Assembly (NCBI GenBank): GCA_963675755.2 | Contig: CAXXMD010000003.1 | Coordinates: 3,328,001-3,392,000 of the forward strand | Source of the DNA: a bacterium | GTDB taxonomy: Bacteria; Zhuqueibacterota; Zhuqueibacteria; Residuimicrobiales; Krinioviventaceae | Direction: 5' to 3' | DNA: 64,000 nt | Part shown: positions 58,613 through 64,000 of the stretch, in pieces | Position numbering within the stretch: the stretch's first letter is position 1 | Layout: each line of letters starts with the position of its first letter | Program-made: the position numbers and the translations under genes | Notes under the pieces: model-generated | Database searches by the model: none | Seen by the model: only the letters and a program-made list of their open reading frames with translations | Told to the model about the DNA's origin: nothing

Positions 58613-58733
58613 ATAGCCCGGACCTCGTGTCCGGGGTTGTAGAGGGAAAAATCCCGGATATAAAGTCCGGGCTACCTGGTAATTGCAATTTTATGTATCG
58701 GAGATCGCTTCGCTTATCTCCGATATGACCGTT
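58613..58733 (+). repeat. Composite palindromic repeat, copy 4, with a complete REP doublet
   Basis: ATAGCCCGGAC-CTCGT-GTCCGGG-GTTGTAGAGGGAAAAAT-CCCGGATATAAAGTCCGGGCTAC, then TATCGGAGA-TCGCTTCGCTTA-TCTCCGATA-TGACCGTT. Confidence 0.85.
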
Positions 58734-58883
58734 ATTTTTATCATTCATCCATACAACAGGCCTGCTTTTACACGGAAATAACCATTGTACTTTTACCTAC
58801 AATCCCTTATTTTCAAATATCGGAAATTATAAATCGCTACAAATAAAATTGTTGACTGCTTATGAAAAAGGGAGTGGAATAAT

Positions 58884-60197
58884 ATGATATCCAGAAGGCA
58901 GTTTCTATCAAAAAGTGCATGTGCAATGGCAGGCAGTCTGACATTGGCATCTGTTGCCAGGGCTAAGACAAAGCGTCCCAATGTTGTATTGATATTAACA
59001 GACGATCAGGGGAGTGTGGATGTAAATTGTTACGGTGCCAAAGACCTCATTACCCCCAATATGGATGATTTGGCAAAACGTGGTACACGATTTACCCAGT
59101 ATTATGCCAACTCTTGTATTTGTTCTCCGTCTCGGGCGGCATTACTGACCGGACGGTTCCCGCATCGGGCGCAGTTACCGGGAAATGCAAGTAAAGGCAA
59201 AGGAATGCCAGCGTCACAATTTACAATGGCGGAAATGTTTAAAGAAAACGGATATAAAACTGCTATTTTTGGCAAATGGCATTTGGGGACCTCCTTACCC
59301 ATTAGTCCCAATGAACAAGGATTTGACGAGTTTTTAGGACACAAAGAAGGGTGTATTGACAATTATTCTCATTTCTTTTATTGGAACGGGCCTAATCGAC
59401 ATGATTTGTGGGACAATGAGACCGAGACCTGGGAAAGTGGAACCTATTTTCCGGATATCTGTGTACGTGAAGCAAAGCGCTTTTTGGAAGAGAATAAAGA
59501 TAATCCTTTTTTTCTGTATTTACCTTTTAATTTGCCGCATTATCCTTTACAGGCCCAGCGAAAATTTGTTGAAATGTATGATCATATTACGGATCCAAAG
59601 CGTAAACGGTATGCCGCATTTGTTTCTGTTGTGGATGACCGGATAGGTCAGGTGATGGCAAAACTGGATGAACTGGGTTTACGAGAGAATACTATCGTAA
59701 TATTTTTCAGCGATCAAGGACATTCAGTAGAAGAACGCACCTTTGGAGGTGGCGGCAGTGCAGGACCGTACAGGGGACATAAACAGACCCTGTGGGAAGG
59801 AGGCGTTCGCGTACCCTGTATTGTATCATGGCCGGGCCACATACCACAACAGGAGGTCCGTGACCAACTGACCTGTGCCTTTGACTGGTTTCCAACCCTG
59901 GCGGATTATTGTGATATTCAACTCCCGGAACGGATTATAGATGGCAAGTCTATTCGAAAAATTATTGATTCAGACCATGCAAAATCCCCTCACGATGTTA
60001 TGCACTGGTGGAAAGGAGATATGTGGGCTGTTAGAAAAGGCTCCTGGAAGCTGGTTTATGACAAGGAACTATTCCTCAGTAATCTGGATGATGATATATC
60101 AGAATCCAATAATCTGGTTGATGAATATCCTGAAAAGTTAAAAGAGTTGAAACAGCTCCATGAGGAATGGGCTGAAAATGTTGGTAATCAATCTTGA
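58884..60197 (+). CDS. Tat-exported arylsulfatase A-like sulfatase
   Basis: SRRQFL Tat motif; PNVVLILTDD, CSPSRAALLTGR (formylglycine motif), GKWHLG. Confidence 0.93.
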   Translation: MISRRQFLSKSACAMAGSLTLASVARAKTKRPNVVLILTDDQGSVDVNCYGAKDLITPNMDDLAKRGTRFTQYYANSCICSPSRAALLTGRFPHRAQLPGNASKGKGMPASQFTMAEMFKENGYKTAIFGKWHLGTSLPISPNEQGFDEFLGHKEGCIDNYSHFFYWNGPNRHDLWDNETETWESGTYFPDICVREAKRFLEENKDNPFFLYLPFNLPHYPLQAQRKFVEMYDHITDPKRKRYAAFVSVVDDRIGQVMAKLDELGLRENTIVIFFSDQGHSVEERTFGGGGSAGPYRGHKQTLWEGGVRVPCIVSWPGHIPQQEVRDQLTCAFDWFPTLADYCDIQLPERIIDGKSIRKIIDSDHAKSPHDVMHWWKGDMWAVRKGSWKLVYDKELFLSNLDDDISESNNLVDEYPEKLKELKQLHEEWAENVGNQS

Positions 60198-60212
60198 AAA
60201 ATAGAGGATAGC

Positions 60213-61055
60213 ATGAAAAAAATATTATTATTTTGTTTACTGACTGTTTTACCCGTATTTGCTCAACAACAGACAATAGCCATTTGGCCGGGACTCGCGC
60301 CGGGTACGGAAAATCGTGAAAACCATGAAGAATGGAGAGGCAAAACCAATGTCTCCAAGGTTTATCAACCTGATCTGGCAGTCTTTTTGCCGGAGAATGC
60401 CCAAACCCCTTTACCTGCCATTCTTGTTTGTCCCGGTGGCGGATACCGCAATGTAGTGATCGAAAAAGAGGGATACAAGCTGGCCCGCTGGCTGAACGAA
60501 AACAATATTGCCGCGTTTGTGCTGAAATATCGTCTGGATCCCGATGAAGCGCTCGAGGATGCCCAACAGGCCATGCGAGTTATCCGGGCCAAAGCGGATG
60601 AATTTAATGTTGATGCAGATAAAATCGGGATTATGGGATTTTCAGCAGGTGGACATCTGGGTGGTAATCTTGCTACCCATTATCAGATTGTTACGGATGG
60701 AGTTGTAGACTCTACCAGCGCCAGACCGGATTTCTGGATAGGTGTGTATGGAGAGTATAATTCAATGTCTTCCCAATCCGATGAAAAATTCTTTTATGAA
60801 CGTGTGCATAAAAATTCTCCGCCGGTATTATTAATCCATGCCGCAAACGACAGCAAAGTGCCGGTTGCATTCAGTGTAGACATGTTTACCGCTTACCATC
60901 AACAGGGAGCACTGGCGGAATTGCATATCTATGAACAGGGAGAACACGGTTTTGCGCTTGAAACCAATCGCGGTAACGAGATCGCCAGTACCGTAAACAG
61001 CTGGTCTGATCGTTTACTGGAATGGTTAAAAGTCAGAGGGGTAATAGCGTTCTAA
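60213..61055 (+). CDS. Secreted alpha/beta hydrolase (carbohydrate esterase-like)
   Basis: CPGGGY, GFSAGG, HGF catalytic motifs. Confidence 0.85.
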   Translation: MKKILLFCLLTVLPVFAQQQTIAIWPGLAPGTENRENHEEWRGKTNVSKVYQPDLAVFLPENAQTPLPAILVCPGGGYRNVVIEKEGYKLARWLNENNIAAFVLKYRLDPDEALEDAQQAMRVIRAKADEFNVDADKIGIMGFSAGGHLGGNLATHYQIVTDGVVDSTSARPDFWIGVYGEYNSMSSQSDEKFFYERVHKNSPPVLLIHAANDSKVPVAFSVDMFTAYHQQGALAELHIYEQGEHGFALETNRGNEIASTVNSWSDRLLEWLKVRGVIAF

Positions 61056-61077
61056 ACATTATCTCGGTATAAATATC

Positions 61078-61115
61078 AAGGCACCAGCTGCAAAATAGTT
61101 TCTGGTGCCTTTTTT
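61078..61115 (+). terminator. Intrinsic terminator
   Basis: AAGGCACCAG...CTGGTGCCTTTTTT. Confidence 0.75.
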
Positions 61116-61122
61116 GTTTTAA

Positions 61123-63066
61123 ATGGATCAGAGTTTTATTAATTATTATTTATCTCTTCTTGATATTCAATTCTCAGGTTGCTATATTGCAATGAATTCA
61201 ATTAATATGATATCTATTATGTATAAAATCAATTGCAAACAATTGTTTGTTCCACTCTTGTTCATGTATCTGTTGATTATTTCGGATACAGTGGGCGCCT
61301 CTACGCCTGATCAGGTTGTTTTGACGAATTGGGAGTATGCTATAAGTAATGATATCCCAGATTCTACCGCATGGAAGCAGATGCCTGATATGCAAGAAAT
61401 GTCAAGTTTATGTCAGGATCATACAATATGGCTCAGAACGGTATTGCCGGAATTGTCTGTCAGGCATTTATCTCTTTATATAAAACGTATCAGACAGCCC
61501 ATACAGATATTCCTCGATGGAGAAGAGATTTTTCAAGCTGGCAAAACAGATGAACAGCAAGGTTTTCATTTCGTTCGTTGGGACAACTTGTTGGTACAAC
61601 TGCCGGATTACAATACCGGAACAAGTTTGATTTTCAAGTTATATCCTGTTGAAAATGTTTCTGGTTTCAGCTGGAGTATTGTACTGGTTCCTGATCATAT
61701 TATTTACAAGAAATTTTTATTGCAGAATATTGATGATATTGCCTTTGCAATCATTTTTTTAGCAACAGGACTTGCGGTTCTGCTTTTATTTTTTATTTCC
61801 CGTCGTTCAAAACTATTACTGGGTATAATTATATATCTATTTTCATTGGTAATATTTATAGCGAGTAACAGTTCTTTTATACAATTATTGTTGCCCGCAC
61901 CTGGGTTATATTATCATCTCGATTATATTTCTTTAATTAGTGCAACAATTGGGGCATTTTTTGCTATTGAACAGATCATTGAATATCAATACAAGAAAGT
62001 ATTAAAAGGGATTTGGATACTCCATCTGTTATTTTTATTTTTTTCTATTATGCTTTTAAATTTAACAAATTTAACCTTTCCCCAACTAGTTAATTATTTC
62101 ATGGTAATGCTTGTTGTGAATATGATAATATGTATTACTGTAATGGTCCAAAGTGCAAAGACGGGTGAATATACAGCCAAATTATTGTTTGGTGGTATGG
62201 TGTTTTTTTTGGTATCCGCTATAGTGGAAATTGTTCTGTTTTATTATGACGGTAAACCAGGCGTTTACAGCTATAGTGTTCAAGCCATTCATATAGGGGC
62301 CTTGTTTTTTGTTGTTTCTCTGATTTGGATTGCCATATATCTGTATCTAGACACCTATAAAGAAAAAGAAATTGCACAGCAAAAAGAACTCGATGCTGTT
62401 AAAAAGGGAAACAAAGCCAGTGAACAGTTTGCCATGAGGCTTATAGAATCTCAGGAAAACGAACGAAACCGGATAGCCATGGAATTGCATGACAGTGTGG
62501 GCCAAAAGCTATTGATCATAAAAAATCTGCTCTTGTCTGAGCTGCGAAAAATAACGAGCAATAACAGTCCGTTGGAACAGGTTTGTGATATTTCCGGTGA
62601 AACCATTCAGGATGTAAGAAATATTATTTATAACCTTCGTCCGCAGCATCTTGATCAGTTGGGTCTGACTACCGCCATTGAAACGGTAATTGAAAATTTT
62701 GCAGACAGTTCAACTATAACTTTTCAAGAAGAACTGGATGATATTGATGATGTAATGTCTAAAGAAGACGAAATTAATTTTTACCGAATTATTCAGGAAA
62801 GCCTGAACAACATTGTTAAGCATTCAAAAGCTGATAAAGCTTTTATTACAATTAAACGAATCAAAGATAACATAAATCTTGTCATCATGGATAATGGGAT
62901 AGGTTGCAAGGGTTACGATACTTCTGAAAATCTGGGGAAAAGAGGATTTGGGATAACCGGTATGTATGAACGGGCAAGAATAATTGGTGCCGAAATGAAA
63001 ATGGGACCTGCTGAAAATGGTGGGACAATTATAGAGTTGAATATGAACAGGATTAAAGATGAATGA
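61123..63066 (+). CDS. 7TM sensor histidine kinase, HisKA_3 (NarQ/DegS-type); true start probably downstream
   Basis: Extracellular domain and about 7 TM; ERNRIAMELHDSVGQ, QESLNNIVKHS, DNGIG, GFGITGM. Confidence 0.9.
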   Translation: MDQSFINYYLSLLDIQFSGCYIAMNSINMISIMYKINCKQLFVPLLFMYLLIISDTVGASTPDQVVLTNWEYAISNDIPDSTAWKQMPDMQEMSSLCQDHTIWLRTVLPELSVRHLSLYIKRIRQPIQIFLDGEEIFQAGKTDEQQGFHFVRWDNLLVQLPDYNTGTSLIFKLYPVENVSGFSWSIVLVPDHIIYKKFLLQNIDDIAFAIIFLATGLAVLLLFFISRRSKLLLGIIIYLFSLVIFIASNSSFIQLLLPAPGLYYHLDYISLISATIGAFFAIEQIIEYQYKKVLKGIWILHLLFLFFSIMLLNLTNLTFPQLVNYFMVMLVVNMIICITVMVQSAKTGEYTAKLLFGGMVFFLVSAIVEIVLFYYDGKPGVYSYSVQAIHIGALFFVVSLIWIAIYLYLDTYKEKEIAQQKELDAVKKGNKASEQFAMRLIESQENERNRIAMELHDSVGQKLLIIKNLLLSELRKITSNNSPLEQVCDISGETIQDVRNIIYNLRPQHLDQLGLTTAIETVIENFADSSTITFQEELDDIDDVMSKEDEINFYRIIQESLNNIVKHSKADKAFITIKRIKDNINLVIMDNGIGCKGYDTSENLGKRGFGITGMYERARIIGAEMKMGPAENGGTIIELNMNRIKDE

Positions 63067-63712
63067 AATTACCCTTTTAATTGCCGATGATCATCCGCTG
63101 TTTCGATCCGGGGTACGAAACGAGTTGGAGAGAATTGATCATTTTCAAATTATTGCAGAAGCAGGTGATGGTAATGAGGCTTTGCAATTGATTAAAGAGC
63201 ACAAGCCTGATGTGGCTATCCTCGATTTTGAAATGCCCGGCTTGAATGGGTTGGAAATTGCTTCACATGTTGCTGATTTAAACCTGAATACCGCAATAAT
63301 TTTACTAACCATGCACCGGGACAGGAAAATTTTTTATAAAGCTATTGATATGGGAATCAATGGCTATGTACTTAAAGACGATGCAATTACAGATATTATC
63401 ATTGCAGTAAAAGCTGTATTTGCAGGCAGACCATTTATCAGTGATGATCTTGCGGAAATACTCATTGAAAAAGCCAGGTCAGCCCAACCGGATAAAGATA
63501 TGGTAGATAAAATTAATCAACTTACCTTTTCGGAAAAACGGGTGCTGAATCTTGTAGCTGAATTAAAATCCAATCAGGAAATTGCAGATGCGTTGTTTAT
63601 ATCTAAAAGAACTGTTGAAAACCACAAAGTGAACATATCTTCAAAACTGGGATTAGATAGTTCACGCAAGTTGCTTAAATTTGCTTTGCAGAACAGAAAT
63701 CTGATGATCTGA
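63059..63712 (+). CDS. NarL/LuxR family response regulator
   Basis: IADDHPLFR, ILDFEMP, LKD; LuxR HTH SNQEIADALFISKRTVENH. Confidence 0.93.
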   Translation: MNEITLLIADDHPLFRSGVRNELERIDHFQIIAEAGDGNEALQLIKEHKPDVAILDFEMPGLNGLEIASHVADLNLNTAIILLTMHRDRKIFYKAIDMGINGYVLKDDAITDIIIAVKAVFAGRPFISDDLAEILIEKARSAQPDKDMVDKINQLTFSEKRVLNLVAELKSNQEIADALFISKRTVENHKVNISSKLGLDSSRKLLKFALQNRNLMI

Positions 63713-63743
63713 ATTAATTTGTTCCAATCTTTTCATGTTTACA

Positions 63744-63759
63744 TGTGCGTTAACGCACA
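63744..63759. promoter_or_regulatory. Perfect 16-bp palindrome, possible regulator site
   Basis: TGTGCGTTAACGCACA upstream of the next gene. Confidence 0.4.
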
Positions 63760-63839
63760 GAAAAAAATGTGTTTACACTCATTTATTCCCCTTTAATAAT
63801 TACTATATTCCAAAAAGAATACAAAATTTTGGTTGTAAA

Positions 63840-64000
63840 ATGAAGTTTCTGATTGTGGAAAGGAATGCCCGGTTTCGTGCATTCCTGAGAGAATTTATTG
63901 CTCATGATAATGACATTATTATAGAACTTGAAGGTTCTAAAAGTGTCAGAGAAGCACTGGTCAGGTATGAACCAGACTATACAATAATTGATATTAAATC
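63840..64000 (+). CDS. Receiver-domain protein (partial, runs off the window)
   Basis: MKFLIVERNARFRAFLREF...YEPDYTIIDIK. Confidence 0.65.
   Translation, partial: MKFLIVERNARFRAFLREFIAHDNDIIIELEGSKSVREALVRYEPDYTIIDIK

Noticed and set aside
55834-58733. Integron attC array
   Set aside because: No intI in the window. The repeats lack consistent RYYYAAC...GTTRRRY ends (CACTAAC appears only in copy 2; GTTCAGG/GTTTAGG is imperfect), and the stems lack the typical extrahelical-base pattern.
55834-58733. CRISPR array
   Set aside because: Units are over 100 bp, degenerate and 700-1200 bp apart with genes between them; no cas genes are present.

Overview
Bacterial chromosomal window, moderately AT-rich and using the standard genetic code. 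The gene content (secreted glycan-active enzymes, a Tat sulfatase, Mla/TolC envelope systems, Rex, sigma70-type TTGACA/TTGATT-17-TATA(A/T)T promoters) suggests a diderm polysaccharide degrader, perhaps KSB1/Calditrichota/FCB-like; that assignment is inference only. Most of it is ordinary: ABC transporters, a peptidoglycan amidase, pcm, PspC/MscS, GH92, a GH140-like protein, rex-serC-serA, polA, an Mla/Mce ABC system, a TetR-TolC-HlyD-ABC efflux operon, mutM and two-component systems. The standout is an AT-rich stretch (about 54.1-58.8 kb) between mutM and a sulfatase. Short, co-oriented accessory genes there (trypsin-like protease, membrane-anchored orphan, PD-(D/E)XK-like nuclease, orphan HigA behind a truncated higB stump, BrnT/BrnA) are separated by four copies of a composite palindromic repeat of about 120-150 bp and by further REP-like hairpin families, one with clear compensatory base-pair changes. 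The layout is cassette-like, but there is no attC geometry and no integrase or transposase in the window. Other points of interest: a second repeat-flanked AT-rich insertion (32.1-33.2 kb), an RsbW-like kinase plus DSSG-type STAS protein coupled to mlaEFD, Rex boxes over a rex-serC-serA operon, a divergent E1-only 2-oxoacid dehydrogenase, and a candidate sRNA of about 73 nt. No rRNA, tRNA or CRISPR array was seen.
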